Assembly (NCBI GenBank): GCA_964016885.1
Contig: CAXHJY010001015.1
Span: forward strand, 4,156-68,155
From: Eledone cirrhosa
Lineage: Eukaryota
Length of the DNA: 64,000 bases
Direction: 5' to 3'
Under the pieces are notes generated by a model. The model was given only the letters and a program-made list of their open reading frames with translations. It ran no database searches and was not told where the DNA came from. Positions 62,911 through 64,000 of this stretch are shown here, piece by piece (position 1 is the first letter of the stretch; each line of letters starts with the position of its first letter). The translations under genes were made by a program, and so were the position numbers.

Positions 62911-63051
62911 GTTCTGAATCCAATAGTTAGAGATTGTCCCTCAGTAGTCGATCACTCTACTGACGGAATTGTTAGAGACAAGCACAGTCAAATATATATA
63001 GAGAGAGATAGAGAGATAGTTAGGTACTCACTCACTCACATGAATATATAT

Positions 63052-63084
<33 letters not shown>

Positions 63085-63136
63085 TTATATATATGTGTGT
63101 ATATATATATATGTATATATATATATATCTCTCGCT

Positions 63137-63231
<95 letters not shown>

Positions 63232-63945
63232 GATAGAGAGAGAGTGTGTGTGTGTGAGAGAGAGAAAAGAGACTGTCTATCTAACTACAGCAGTAAGGAT
63301 TTACAGAACTTCTTTTTAATTTCATTAGAGATTGTTTCTATATCTTGTCTATCGTATTTTTTATGTAGCTAATTCCATGTTCTTCTTGCCATTTTGTTGT
63401 TGTTGTTGTTGTTGTTCTTCTTCTTCTTCTTCTTCTTCTTCTTCTTCTTCTTCTTCTTCTTCTTCTTCTTCTTCTTGCTGTTGTTGTTAGGATTGTTGTC
63501 AACGTTATTACTCTATATATTGTTTTTCTTATTGATGTTTTTTTAATGCTGTTTATACAGTTGTATTTTTTGTTGTGGTTCAAGATTCGTTGTCGATACA
63601 GCTACTCTCCTGGTTGTCTATATCATCATCATCTATCAATTATCATCAGCATCACCACGAACATCATCATCATCATCACCACCACCAACACCACCACCAC
63701 CTCTATCACCATCATCATCACTGTTTTCATCATCATCATCACCTTTATCATCATCACCATCAACGCATATCATCTTCACCACCAACATCAGCACCATCAC
63801 CACCGTCATCATGATCATCACCACCACCACCATCATCATCATCATCACCTTTATCATCATCGCCATCAACGACATCATCGTCACCACCACCACGAGCAAC
63901 ATATCATCATCATCATCATCATCATTATTATCATCATCATAAACA

Positions 63946-63995
<50 letters not shown>

Positions 63996-64000
63996 GGTAT

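Overview
AT-rich eukaryotic DNA, intergenic or intronic. Roughly half or more is simple repeats ((TA)n, (CA)n, (GA)n, (TATC)n, (CAC)n/(GGT)n, (CAT)n). The SINE and microsatellite make-up resembles an octopus or other coleoid cephalopod genome (inference). No host exon could be supported, and almost all ORF-track entries are microsatellite read-throughs. The recognisable content is transposon debris: a mariner 5' end and a derived MITE, Tc1/mariner- and hAT-type MITEs, tRNA-derived SINEs (two clusters have head-to-head copies), RTE 3' ends, four L1/Tx1-like 3' ends sitting in (TATC)n, and two R4/Dong-like fragments. The most notable signal is a set of minimal type-I hammerhead ribozyme folds, typical of Penelope-like element LTRs. 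One pair lies inside a near-perfect 307-bp palindrome, one ribozyme per strand. There are also several pre-miRNA-sized hairpins and an apparent excess of YY1/Pho motifs (AANATGGC) in the unique islands.
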